Below, one piece after another: positions 10,109-19,808 of a stretch of DNA of 64,000 bases (positions are counted from its first letter, which is position 1; each line of letters begins with the position of its first letter). A program made the position numbers and the translations under genes. The notes below the pieces were generated by a model that made no database searches, was not told the origin of the DNA, and saw only the letters and a list, made by a program, of their open reading frames with translations. The stretch comes from Syntrophales bacterium (lineage in GTDB: Bacteria; Desulfobacterota; Syntrophia; Syntrophales; UBA2210). Where the stretch lies: positions 416,001 to 480,000 of the forward strand of contig CAXXNF010000002.1 of assembly GCA_963666365.2 (NCBI GenBank), in the 5' to 3' direction.

Positions 10109-12403
10109 CTACTCTCTCATTCCCGACAGAAGCTGGAGGTGGTAGATAATCTCAAGAATGCCAATTTTACCATCAGCATCGACATCCCATTCCGCTACGG
10201 CATCGATTAACGCCTGATCCAACTGTTCCTGGGTAAACATGGAAGCGATGATCTCATCCTTGGCAGCCTCTACTTCGGCAACAGCCCCCTCAACGGTCTG
10301 ATTCAGCTGCTCTTCAGTAAACATGGAAGCAATGATCCCATCCTTCGCTGCTTCGGCATCAGCAACAGCCTGATCCAACTGCGCCTGGGTAAACATGGAG
10401 GCTATGACCTGCTCCTTCTCAGCGATGATGAGATCCTTTGCGGCATTCGCATCGGATACTGCTTGATCCAGTTGTTCTTGTGTAAACATGGCTTGAAAAT
10501 TCATCGCCGGCAAAACGCCTAAATCGAGTGATATGTTCTCTTCTAAGGTTACATTTTGTGTAATGGTAGTCAGACCGGACGATGTAACAGTTAAGACATA
10601 ATTTCCGCCTGGAATTCCCGCCAGAATAAACCACCCGTTATCTCCAGTTACAGTCGAGTATGCATCTGAAGGACCATTAGATGTAAGATCTACATGCGCC
10701 CCAGGGACCGGAAAGTTTGGGTAACCTTCCTGTGAAAGAACCACCTTGCCGGAAAGAATCGGCATTGCAAACGTTGCCTGAACCGCAATGTCTGCAATTA
10801 CATTAGTGTCTGTCCTCGGATTCTCCAATTTGCCGTCGCTCCACTTAACGAAATGATATTTGGGATCAGGCACAGCTTCGACAGCAGTACCATCAGCCCC
10901 ATGTTCAACTACCTGAATTGCCGTTCCTGAGATAGAACCGCCTTCACTTGCAATGTAGCTTATCGTGTACTCATTGATGGCAAATACAGCGGTTACAGCA
11001 GTGTTGGATGTAACCTTTTCGCTAGTGCGCGGATTGTCGGTTACCCCGTCGCTCCATTGCACAAAGTGGTATCCTTCATTCGGTACTGCAATGGCAGCTC
11101 CTCCTGACTCGCCATAATTTACTATTTTGGATTCCGGGCCATATACGAATCCATTATCCTCGGTTGCATAACTAACTGTATACTGATTAATAGCGAAATT
11201 TGCCATAACGGTCATATCGCCAGTAATATTCGTGTCCCTTCGTGTTGCGGATGTTACCCCATCGCTCCATGCTACAAAATGATACCCGACATCAGGAGTA
11301 GCAGTGACTTCGGTTCCGTCTCTTCCTTGATCGATTAGTTGTAAAACAGATCCTGTAATAGTGCCGTTGTTACCCGCTATATATGTCAGAGTGTACTGAT
11401 CAATCGCTTCGATAATAGTAATGGTTCCACTTTTTATTGTGTCAGCACCTTTTACTGCCTGTACTTTGAAGGTTCCTGCCTTGAGCAAATTAACGGTTAC
11501 GGAATTGCCGGTGGTTGTTCCTGAGATTTCAGCCACGCCATCCTCCGATGCATCGACGATGGACCAGATATAGTCGGTAGCCTCGGTACCTTGCAGTATA
11601 AATACCTGGGTGCCATCATTCAGATCGATGGTGGCCGTATCGGGATTGATACTGATAGGTGCGAGCAGGGTCACCGTGGCCGTGGCGGGGGCTTTGGAGA
11701 TGTTTCCCACGCTGTCCTCGAACCAGGCGTAGATGGTTTTGCTTCCCGGGGCGGTATTGGCCAATTCGTATACCACCCCATTGGCATAGGTGACGCCCGT
11801 AAGCGGCCGCGTCGAGGTCTCGCTCAGATACATCTTCACAGGTGCGATTGCAGCCAAAAGCTTGAGATTCAGAGCGGTGTTCTTTGTCGAGGTGATGACG
11901 ATTCCCTCGGAGTCGGTGATCTGGACGGTACCCGTGGGGGCCACGTTGTCAATGTTGATAGGTCCGATTTTCACGTCGCTGCTCCAGGAAACATCACCCC
12001 CCGCGCTTATGTCGAGATATTTCGTTTTTACATGGAGGTAGCGCAAGGTGGTGGAATCGTCATTAGCAAAGAACGCCGCCGCCTTGGTGACTATGGGGGG
12101 GTCGAGGCTGGGATCAACGGTACCATCCGGGCTTATGCCATCCCAGGCCAGGGCGCTGGTGTTCCATTTATAGTCGAAGCCCATAAGCGTGTCACCGGCA
12201 CCGCTCAAATCGGGTTTTTCCCACTGGATTTCCACGTTGCCGGTCCATGCGACGATCGTGCCATCGGTGGGTACACCATTCGTCTGTACGTCGGATGTAG
12301 ATATCTCGTGCTCGGCCTGGGCGGACGCCGCAAAGACCAGAAGAAGGGCCACCACACAGCAAAGCAATCCCCCGGTCATAAGGTTCTTCAGGTATCGCTT
12401 CAT
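10109..12403 (-). CDS. Secreted/surface multidomain protein: Ig-like domains, three InlB-B/Flg_new-like repeats, carboxypeptidase-regulatory-like domain, four SMFTQEQLDQAV repeats, C-terminal dockerin-like motif
   Basis: Signal peptide; YTxxY...GYHFVxWSDG...PRTD repeats; ends WDVDADGKIGILEIIYHLQLLSG. Confidence 0.8.
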   Translation of the reverse strand: MKRYLKNLMTGGLLCCVVALLLVFAASAQAEHEISTSDVQTNGVPTDGTIVAWTGNVEIQWEKPDLSGAGDTLMGFDYKWNTSALAWDGISPDGTVDPSLDPPIVTKAAAFFANDDSTTLRYLHVKTKYLDISAGGDVSWSSDVKIGPINIDNVAPTGTVQITDSEGIVITSTKNTALNLKLLAAIAPVKMYLSETSTRPLTGVTYANGVVYELANTAPGSKTIYAWFEDSVGNISKAPATATVTLLAPISINPDTATIDLNDGTQVFILQGTEATDYIWSIVDASEDGVAEISGTTTGNSVTVNLLKAGTFKVQAVKGADTIKSGTITIIEAIDQYTLTYIAGNNGTITGSVLQLIDQGRDGTEVTATPDVGYHFVAWSDGVTSATRRDTNITGDMTVMANFAINQYTVSYATEDNGFVYGPESKIVNYGESGGAAIAVPNEGYHFVQWSDGVTDNPRTSEKVTSNTAVTAVFAINEYTISYIASEGGSISGTAIQVVEHGADGTAVEAVPDPKYHFVKWSDGKLENPRTDTNVIADIAVQATFAMPILSGKVVLSQEGYPNFPVPGAHVDLTSNGPSDAYSTVTGDNGWFILAGIPGGNYVLTVTSSGLTTITQNVTLEENISLDLGVLPAMNFQAMFTQEQLDQAVSDANAAKDLIIAEKEQVIASMFTQAQLDQAVADAEAAKDGIIASMFTEEQLNQTVEGAVAEVEAAKDEIIASMFTQEQLDQALIDAVAEWDVDADGKIGILEIIYHLQLLSGMRE

Positions 12404-12440
12404 AGATGTCTCCCTTTCTATTGATCGGATCTTTTCAATA

Positions 12441-12723
12441 AAAAAGCCCTATCTCTCATTTTGAGAAACAGGGCTTGATAATCAGACCATAATCCCTCCC
12501 AGGTTATAGCTGTTCGCAATCATACACATAAATTCAAGATCATGGTATCTCAGTAACTCCGTCCTTAACGTTTTGTCAAGGGATATTGCCCTTTTAATTC
12601 ATCCGATACAATCTAACCCACTTCTATCGCGACAAAATCCCACAATGTGGGAATTTGCAATCAGCATATCAACAGATAAAACCCCTCGAAGTCCAAGATA
12701 TGAGTCAACCCCTACCCTTACCC
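12441..12723 (-). repeat. ~280-bp direct repeat, copy 1 (promoter, leader hairpin, terminator, palindrome unit)
   Basis: Aligns with 24992-25265. Minus-strand TTGACA at 12574-12579, hairpin 12483-12512, terminator-like stem with U-run at 12440-12476. Confidence 0.9.
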
Positions 12724-13005
12724 GGAAACCGGGATAAATGTCCCAGTTTATACGCTGTTACCTGAATATCGTAGGCTATGAGCCGCATAGTGCCATCGCA
12801 CTAGGCCGCGTTATCGAATCGGTACTGTATGCTCCAACAAAGCGGTAGGCTTCTGACAAATCGGCATTTTTTGCCGTTTTGTTTTGATGCCTGTGCTTCG
12901 AGGGTTTCAATCTGCTTGTAGGCGGCTTGCAAATCATCCAAAATGGATAATTTGTTTTGATACTCGTATAACTTATACAAATATATGTGTTCCCGTCCGG
13001 GACAC

Positions 13006-13230
13006 TTATCGGCCTGACTTACTCCCACCTGTGAGTAAGTTAAATTCCTTGAAGGTGGAAGATTGCTTGCGGGTTAGGCCAACGTCGGAAAGGGTTTTTT
13101 TAACCCTGTTCCCCTCGGTAACAAGGTTTGCTTGATTTTCTGATTGCCTCGCTATTTCCCCCCGTTCCTGCCCTTCACGAATGAGCTTGCCTATTTCTCG
13201 GCTTTTGCCCAGACTTCGATTGCTTTCACT
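13006..13230 (-). pseudogene. Fragment of a phage-type protein gene
   Basis: REIGKLIREGQERGEIA...KTLSDVGLTRKQSSTFK resembles the N-terminal module of phage proteins often fused to methyltransferases (recalled family resemblance). No credible start. Confidence 0.45.
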
Positions 13231-13242
13231 AATCTTGGTGGG

Positions 13243-13452
13243 GGGACAAGCGGCTCGCAAATCCGCAATTTTTACGGTTTTGTGGCGATAGGCGTCTTGC
13301 AAATCGGACAAAATGGCCGTTTTGGTGCGGTAGGCGGTTTGCAAATCCGAATTTAATTCGGTTTATATGCTGTCTGTAAATTGGGAATAATTCCCGTTTT
13401 GTCACGGTAGGCGGTTTGCAAATCCGACAGAATGGCGGTTTTGTCACGGTAA
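13243..13452 (-). repeat. Tandem array of five units, each with a different 15-nt palindrome in constant flanks
   Basis: Cores at 13263, 13305, 13347, 13382 and 13424 (spacing 42, 42, 35, 42). Flank consensus on the + strand: cggtaggcggtttgcAAAT-N15-TTTTg. Confidence 0.9.
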
Positions 13453-13501
13453 GAATAGAGCCGGGAGCTTTGTGCCAACTGGCACAGACCACATCCCGAC
13501 C

Positions 13502-14728
13502 TAGTACCATGTAACATAATATATTTCGTATTTATGGAAAATATGATATACTGGCGGCAATCCAACAAAGGAGGTTGCTATGTCGCCAAGATATCGAGTA
13601 ACCCTTACCAAAGAAGAGCGTAGAGAGCTTGAGGCAATGACACACAAAGGAAAGACCCATGCCAGAAAATTCATCCATGCTCGTGCGTTGCTGTTGTGCG
13701 ACGCCGGCGCTGACGGTTCTGCATGGAACGTTTCCGATGTCGCAGAGGCGCTTGGGGTGTCGAGCCGTTCGATTGAACATCTCAAGAAGCGGTTTGTGGA
13801 AGAAGGGCTTGAAGCCGCACTCGCACGCAGAGCACGGGAAAAACCTCCGCGCGACATCATCTTTGACGGCGCCTTTGAGGCGCGACTGGTTGCACTTGCC
13901 TGCTCGGATGCCCCGGAAGGGCGTCGGCGCTGGACGGTCAGATTGCTTGCCGACAAAGCCGTTGAGCTTGGCATTGCCGAATCCGTATCGCATATGACGG
14001 TGCAGCGGGTGTTAAAAAAAACGAATTTAAGCCTCACATCAGAAAGTACTGGAAAATCCCTCCCGAAGGGAACGCAGCCTTTGTAGCGTGCATGGAAGAT
14101 GTGCTGGAGATATATCATATGCCTTATGATCCCGCGTATCCGGTAGTATGCATGGATGAATCCTGCAAGCAGCTTGTCGGCGAAGTGCGAGAGCCCATGC
14201 CGTGCGTGCCGGGAAGACCGGCGCGCACAGATGACGAGTATGTCAGAAACGGGGTAGTGGAAATATTTATGGAAGTAGAGCCTCTCGCTGGCAGACGACA
14301 TGTGGCAATCACGGAACATCGCACCGGAAAGGATTGGGCGATGCAGATCAAGCAGATGCTCGATGAACGCTATTCCGGCGCTGTCAAGGTGCGCTTGGTC
14401 ATGGATAATCTGAATACCCATAGGATTGCCTCACTCTACGAAACATTCGAACCCGGTGAAGCCCGGCGTTTGGCGGAACGGCTAGAAATCCATTACACGC
14501 CCAAACATGGCAGTTGGCTCAATATGGCAGAGATCGAATTCAGCGCCCTGAAAGGACAATGCCTTGATCGCCGGATTCCTGATATAACAACCATGCGGGC
14601 TGAAGTAGCCGCATGGGAAAAAGACCGAAACAACAGTGCGAAGAACATTGTATGGCAATTTACTACCCCAGACGCTCGGATTAAATTGAAGCGTCTTTAT
14701 CCGAAGGTATAAAGGTTACATGGTACTA
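13502..14728 (+). mobile_element. IS630-family insertion sequence
   Basis: Inverted ends TAGTACCATGTAAC / GTTACATGGTACTA, TA duplication at a CTAG target, two-ORF transposase. Confidence 0.95.
13580..14712 (+). CDS. IS630 transposase (orfA 13580-14086 and orfB ending 14712, probably joined by a -1 frameshift)
   Basis: HTH with RWTVRLLA; DDE domain VVCMDE, LVMDNLNTH, GSWLNMAEIE; A-run slippery site near 14013-14021. Confidence 0.9.
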
Positions 14729-14994
14729 GTGCCATGTGGCACGAGGTATCGAAGCTTGTGCTTCAACGAAATTATCAAAACGGAATTAATTGCCGATTTG
14801 CAAACGGCCTACCCGCAAGTAGACACCCTCGAAGCAAAGGAAATATGGGTCTCTTTGAAGAACTATACCATTCCTCCCACCGGCATTGACAGACGGATGT
14901 CGCACTAGGCTCAAGATGTGGCGAGTGTTTACGGGAAAGACGTGGAATCACATGGCGAAATCACAGTAATACACCTACGGACGCAGATAACTTT

Positions 14995-16494
14995 TTAATA
15001 GGACTGCTGGACTCCATTAATATAGGAGCTAGTGATTGTGTAAGTATCACTTCCTACGACTTGTTTCACAGACCCAATACCCTTGTAGAACCAGTAATAT
15101 ACTGTATTCCCAGGTACAGCTTGACCCGTTTCAATCACATACTGATCATAACGGACGGAAACCTTAATGCAATCTAATAATGTTTGACTGCCTATTACAA
15201 GATCTTCTAATTCAAGAATAGTCACTGTTGAGGTGATATTAACATGGTACGCAGAACCAGAATAGATGAATGAATAAGTTGAATTAGAAACCTGGGTTGT
15301 ACCAATTTGAGTGTTGTTCGGCATTAACAACAGTGGCGTGCTAAAGTAAATATCGCCCATTAAATATGGCGATATTACATATTGTCCATAAATTTTTACA
15401 CCATTTACATCGGAGGTATAATAATCCTTTTGTCCGTCCCAATAGATCCTTTCCTTTGTAGGAACATCACCAATATATCTTGGTCCTGTTGTATAAGACC
15501 GCTGAATTAACCCTGTGGAAGAACACTTGAAATCCTGCCAGTCCCCAATATTCAGCGGAAAATAGTCAGAGGCAACAAAAGAAAGGATTTTGTTATTAAC
15601 CGTGATGGTAACCGTTTCAGAATCAAAAGCGCCTAATGAATTAGTCACTATGAAGGTAACGTCATATGTTCCAGCCTGAGAATAAGTGGGTGTCCAAGAA
15701 AAGGTTCTATTAGCGGTGTCAAAAATGGCCCCATTAGGCAGATTGAAAGCAAGGTAAGTCATGGGGGAATGATCTGCAGTAGACGCCACTAAAGTGAAAG
15801 ATAATTCTGATTTTTCATCAATTGATTTGTTCCCAATTGGATCTAACGCAGGGGAGTGGCTACGCAGACCTGATATTATTTGAAGGGCATAAATTGCTTC
15901 TACAACGTCTATCCTCCCATTTCTATTTATGTCCGATTCTTTATGGACTTCTGATTTTGGAGTAACCCCTGCATGAAGTTGAAGTGCAGCAATTCCATCT
16001 TCTATGCTAATTACGCCATCATTATCAATATCGCCGGTCAAAGAATTTCGCCCGGTATGTTGCAGATTTTTGTGAAACATGGGCCAAGAAGATTGAGCCA
16101 AGCCCAATGAACTGCCATTGATAGCATATAGCTTATCATCATATGACCCGACGTAAATAGTACCATCAGAGCTTATGGCTGGAAATGAGGATACATGACC
16201 TCCGGTCTGAAAAGCCCATTTTTGCGATCCATCTGGATTTATAGCATATAGATTATAATCGTCTGATCCCACATAGATCGTACCATCAGATCCTATTGCT
16301 GGCGAAGAAAATACATCACCTCCAGTTAGAAACGCCCATTTCAAGGCACCTTCTTCTGAAAATGATACAATTGGAAACAAAATAATTATCAGCAATAAAA
16401 GCGTCATCCAAAATAATAATTGAAATCTTGTTTTTTTCATCTTAGCACTTTTTAGGGTCAGAATCCCTTTACTTTCGATTGACCATGTTTTCAA
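14995..16494 (-). CDS. Secreted protein with PQQ-like beta-propeller repeats, dockerin-like domain and Ig (He_PIG-like) domain
   Basis: Two SSPAIGSDGTIYVGS repeats, GDIDNDGVI...SDINRNGRIDVVEAIYALQ, and LPNGAIFD...FSWTP. Starts after the R' of the 16579-16644 attC. Confidence 0.8.
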   Translation of the reverse strand: MKTWSIESKGILTLKSAKMKKTRFQLLFWMTLLLLIIILFPIVSFSEEGALKWAFLTGGDVFSSPAIGSDGTIYVGSDDYNLYAINPDGSQKWAFQTGGHVSSFPAISSDGTIYVGSYDDKLYAINGSSLGLAQSSWPMFHKNLQHTGRNSLTGDIDNDGVISIEDGIAALQLHAGVTPKSEVHKESDINRNGRIDVVEAIYALQIISGLRSHSPALDPIGNKSIDEKSELSFTLVASTADHSPMTYLAFNLPNGAIFDTANRTFSWTPTYSQAGTYDVTFIVTNSLGAFDSETVTITVNNKILSFVASDYFPLNIGDWQDFKCSSTGLIQRSYTTGPRYIGDVPTKERIYWDGQKDYYTSDVNGVKIYGQYVISPYLMGDIYFSTPLLLMPNNTQIGTTQVSNSTYSFIYSGSAYHVNITSTVTILELEDLVIGSQTLLDCIKVSVRYDQYVIETGQAVPGNTVYYWFYKGIGSVKQVVGSDTYTITSSYINGVQQSY

Positions 16495-16578
16495 AGATTT
16501 TCCTCTGGTCTTTTATCTGATTCAATCTTCAAAACCATCCCAGGATTATCGAACCTTTTCCCCTATAGCCCGCGGCTT

Positions 16579-16644
16579 CTTTAACCATGGATTAGTTCCG
16601 AACTCTCGTTCCTCGACTCGGGACTAATCCTTTATTTGTTAGGC
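16579..16644 (-). other. attC-like recombination site (66 bp)
   Basis: R'' GCCTAAC ... R' GTTAAAG; stem ggattagttccga / tcgggactaatcc; overlaps the stop of 16632-17057. Confidence 0.75.
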
Positions 16645-17057
16645 TCATTCTTTTCCTTCTTCTTTGTTTCTTTCTTTAGAAGATTCTCATAATAGATCTG
16701 CATAAGAAATCTATCTTTTGAAGAAACAGCGGACTTGCACTCGCCGGTTTCCAAGTTTAACACCTCGACATAATCATGTTGAGGCGTGCCGTCTTTGCCC
16801 TCTTCGTAGATTGTATATGAATACCTCAAAGTCTCCCCAGTTTCCTTGTTAAATCTGTAAACCGCAAATACATTAGACCACTTTTCCTTGCCAGCATAAT
16901 GAAACATGTATGGCTCAGATTTCTTATTTTCATCCAATCTGGCGCTTGCTTGATTTTTTGCCGATATATGCTCTTTGGTGAAGTAATGATGTTGAAAGAC
17001 GGCTACGTTCATAGCGATTGAAATAAGTAATACTGAGATTAAAAGGGTCGTTCTCAT
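16632..17057 (-). CDS. Hypothetical secreted or membrane-anchored protein (cassette gene)
   Basis: 141 aa, N-terminal hydrophobic helix, AGGAG RBS, ends inside the attC. Confidence 0.75.
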   Translation of the reverse strand: MRTTLLISVLLISIAMNVAVFQHHYFTKEHISAKNQASARLDENKKSEPYMFHYAGKEKWSNVFAVYRFNKETGETLRYSYTIYEEGKDGTPQHDYVEVLNLETGECKSAVSSKDRFLMQIYYENLLKKETKKKEKNEPNK

Positions 17058-17176
17058 ATCTTCTTATCTCCTTCGATCCTATCTGGATATTCCGACGCAT
17101 TCCGCCACCCAAATATGATCATTCCGCCACCCCTGAAAGGGTGCGCTCTTCGATCCACAAGATTTGACAATATCTC

Positions 17177-17214
17177 CTCGTTCCTCGACTCGGGACTAAT
17201 CCTGTATTTGTTTC
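17177..17214 (-). repeat. Half attC (copy of the R'' arm of the 16579-16644 site)
   Basis: 35 of 36 nt identical to 16605-16640; the other arm is absent. Confidence 0.8.
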
Positions 17215-18488
17215 TTTTGCTGATCGGCTTTCTTTTTAGGCATAATTTCGATATCTGCCTTAGGATAAAATTCATGTTCATAAACAGAATTTATATTGAG
17301 ATCAAATTCATATCCGTTATAAGCTGCCTTGATAATTCTAAGAACAGGCTCCTGTGCACGTAATTCACCGATTCTTTCTTTGACATGATTTAAGAGATCA
17401 ACACGCAACTGATTTGGATAACGCAAATAAAAATTCTTGCTTTTTATATCAAGGAATATTTTGTCGTCTTTAGCCAACTTATAAGATTTCTTTATATCGA
17501 ATCTTGCCTTTATTGATGTTTTTGGTGCATATTTTTTTTGAAATTCTGCGAAAAGCTTCTCTATTTTTCTTTCTTTTAAGGCTGCTTTTTTCTTCTTTTC
17601 AGCTTCTTTCACTTGTAACATTCGTTCTTTCATTTCAGCCTTAGAAATTAGCCTACAATCGATTTTGCATCCACCCTCATAAATGCTAACAATTTTGGCA
17701 TCACACCCCGGAGCATTGCGTATAGTTTTAAAAAGTTCGTCAGGGCAAACGCCGATCTTACCTTCACCAAAATCAGTCCCTTGTCTATAAATGAATATTT
17801 CCCGTGTTCCTTCTGCGACCCAAAGGTTGACATCATCACCTTCTTTGCAATTTGAAAGCTCGAATAAGTTGAGCTCGTTGACGATAAACTCTATATGATT
17901 CGGCTGATTGTCGGAAACTGAATCGCTCTGCACAATATTCATTTCTGGCTTACTATCGGGAAGAGTCAAGTCCAAATCAAGCCATACACCATAACTTCCT
18001 TCTTTAAATGCTCCCCTATCCCATACAATTTTTGCTGGACAGATTACTACTCCCGTATGTTTATCAGATATCATTTTGCTGCGCCATATCCGGGCGTTTT
18101 TCCTACTGAGATGGCCAACAAGTTTTTGTTCAATTTCAACACTAACGGCGTAGGCGTCACTAGAATTCCCATCGTCGGGAATTACGTTTGCTTGTGTAAG
18201 TAAAGCTATTCCCTCCTCTCGTCTGTTACAAAAAATCTCCTCTAATGTCTCTTGGTAAAAGGATACTCCAACAACGATAACCTCGAACTTATCATGACTA
18301 GAGGGTGTCACCTTGTCATTCTGCAATAAATTTTCATCAATTTCAAAAAGTTGTTTATATTGGGCTGTTGTGAATGGTTTGTATTCAGTTGTTAAGCGTA
18401 GAGGTTTAAAATCGGCTTGATAGTCTTTATTAGGATTACCCTTGGGTTTCTTGTCTAAAAAATTCAATATTTTTTTCAACAAAGCCAT
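17196..18488 (-). CDS. HIRAN-like domain protein (cassette gene)
   Basis: VVGVSFYQ...IPDDGNSSDAYAVSVEIEQKLVGHLSR fits the HIRAN pattern. Confidence 0.7.
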   Translation of the reverse strand: MALLKKILNFLDKKPKGNPNKDYQADFKPLRLTTEYKPFTTAQYKQLFEIDENLLQNDKVTPSSHDKFEVIVVGVSFYQETLEEIFCNRREEGIALLTQANVIPDDGNSSDAYAVSVEIEQKLVGHLSRKNARIWRSKMISDKHTGVVICPAKIVWDRGAFKEGSYGVWLDLDLTLPDSKPEMNIVQSDSVSDNQPNHIEFIVNELNLFELSNCKEGDDVNLWVAEGTREIFIYRQGTDFGEGKIGVCPDELFKTIRNAPGCDAKIVSIYEGGCKIDCRLISKAEMKERMLQVKEAEKKKKAALKERKIEKLFAEFQKKYAPKTSIKARFDIKKSYKLAKDDKIFLDIKSKNFYLRYPNQLRVDLLNHVKERIGELRAQEPVLRIIKAAYNGYEFDLNINSVYEHEFYPKADIEIMPKKKADQQKKQIQD

Positions 18489-18553
18489 CTGCCACCACTA
18501 TAAAGAATTTACATAGAATCGATTTTATGGAAAACCAAAATACTCACATCCAT

Positions 18554-18617
18554 TCCCAACGCCCGGCATTAGCGGGCGCACGCTTTTTGCGATCCGCTGA
18601 ATGCCGATTTGTTAGAG
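18554..18617 (-). other. attC-like recombination site (64 bp)
   Basis: R'' CTCTAAC ... R' GTTGGGA; cggcattagcgg pairs with ccgct(g)aatgccg, giving an extrahelical G on the bottom (+) strand. Confidence 0.85.
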
Positions 18618-19115
18618 ACATTGTTCCTATCTTGGCTTTCGCTTCTTTGCGTCTTCCTCAAGCAGTTCTTTGGTTTGGTGAAGCATATCAAGAACACCCT
18701 TAGTTGCCTCATCAAATTTATGGCCTGGACCAGTAAAGAATGGCAACAGTGGTCTCTTTTCCTGAATGGCAGCATTGACCTGGCCAACGATATTCACAAA
18801 GTAATTCTTGGCGTGAATGCGTATTTGACTTGGAGGGAACCCCCTGTTCTGGATTCCTTCTGAAATGGTTATTATGCGCAGAAGAACATTATCGCTAATC
18901 GTCTCCATCCCGGTCCATGTATTCGATGGCAATAGGTGTTGGATTGTACCATGTTTCTTTGCCTCAAGTAGAAGTTTGTATCCGTTGGACACCTCTTCTA
19001 TCAGTGCCTCGACGACAGCTACAGCGTAACCGTACGACCAACTCATCTTTCGCTTGAACGCACATTGGATTATAGCTTCCCGTCATGAACACATTTCATG
19101 ATTGGAGGATGCCCT

Positions 19116-19427
19116 ATGACACAACAAGAACGCACCGCCCACTGGTCGGCCATCGTAGAGCGGCAGATCGCAAGCGGGATGAGCGGTCTGGCCTGGTGCC
19201 AGATGCATCAGATCAATACGGCAAGTTTCTACTCCTGGCGCCGGAAACTCACTGAACCGCAAGGACAACAGGGATTTATCGAACTTGCATCCTCGACGGC
19301 CGACTATGCCGGCATTCGCATTTGCATGGGGCCGCTTCTTTCCATCGAAGTGGAACGCGGCTTCGATCCCGTTACCCTGCGCACCGTTATTGAAACGCTT
19401 CATAATGGTTCCCCATGTTCGGCCTGA
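19116..19427 (+). CDS. tnpA: IS66 accessory protein TnpA
   Basis: SGMSGLAWCQMHQINTASFYSWRRKL HTH; first gene of the IS66. Confidence 0.85.
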   Translation: MTQQERTAHWSAIVERQIASGMSGLAWCQMHQINTASFYSWRRKLTEPQGQQGFIELASSTADYAGIRICMGPLLSIEVERGFDPVTLRTVIETLHNGSPCSA

Positions 19428-19756
19428 CAGCATCGGCACGCATCTATCTTTATCGCAGCCCCTGCGACATGCGCAAGTCCTTCGACGGCCTGTGCGGCAT
19501 TGTCCGCGCCGAACTTAGCGCCGATCCCCTTTCGGGATCACTCTTCGTCTTCGTCAACCGGCGGCGGAACATGGTGAAGCTCCTGTACTGGGACAGCGAC
19601 GGCATGGCCATCTGGCTGAAACGTCTGGAGCAGGGGTCCTTCGTGCTGCCTTCCCGGCAGTCCCGCGACGGTCATATCGAGCGCCGGGATCTGGCCATGC
19701 TCCTTGAGGGAATCGTGCCGAAAAAAGTGGGAAAACGGTACAAAATATGTGCATAA
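19415..19756 (+). CDS. tnpB: IS66 accessory protein TnpB
   Basis: DMRKSFDGL, LFVFVNRRR and KRLEQGSF motifs. Confidence 0.95.
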   Translation: MFGLTASARIYLYRSPCDMRKSFDGLCGIVRAELSADPLSGSLFVFVNRRRNMVKLLYWDSDGMAIWLKRLEQGSFVLPSRQSRDGHIERRDLAMLLEGIVPKKVGKRYKICA

Positions 19757-19808
19757 AAAATAATATAAACACTTGACATTATTATAGTTATGTGCTATAC
19801 GCCCGCTC

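Noticed and set aside
12441..12545. Known riboswitch (c-di-GMP, SAM, cobalamin)
   Set aside because: I could not find the hallmark conserved motifs; kept only as an unknown leader.
13243..13452. CRISPR array
   Set aside because: The constant part is degenerate, the variable parts are only 15 nt and palindromic, and there are no cas genes. Reported instead as a different repeat system.
13501..14421. 306-aa minus-strand ORF
   Set aside because: Antisense shadow of the IS630 transposase.
14911..14994. attC closing the PQQ/dockerin gene
   Set aside because: No RYYYAAC...GTTRRRY inverted structure was found after the stop codon.
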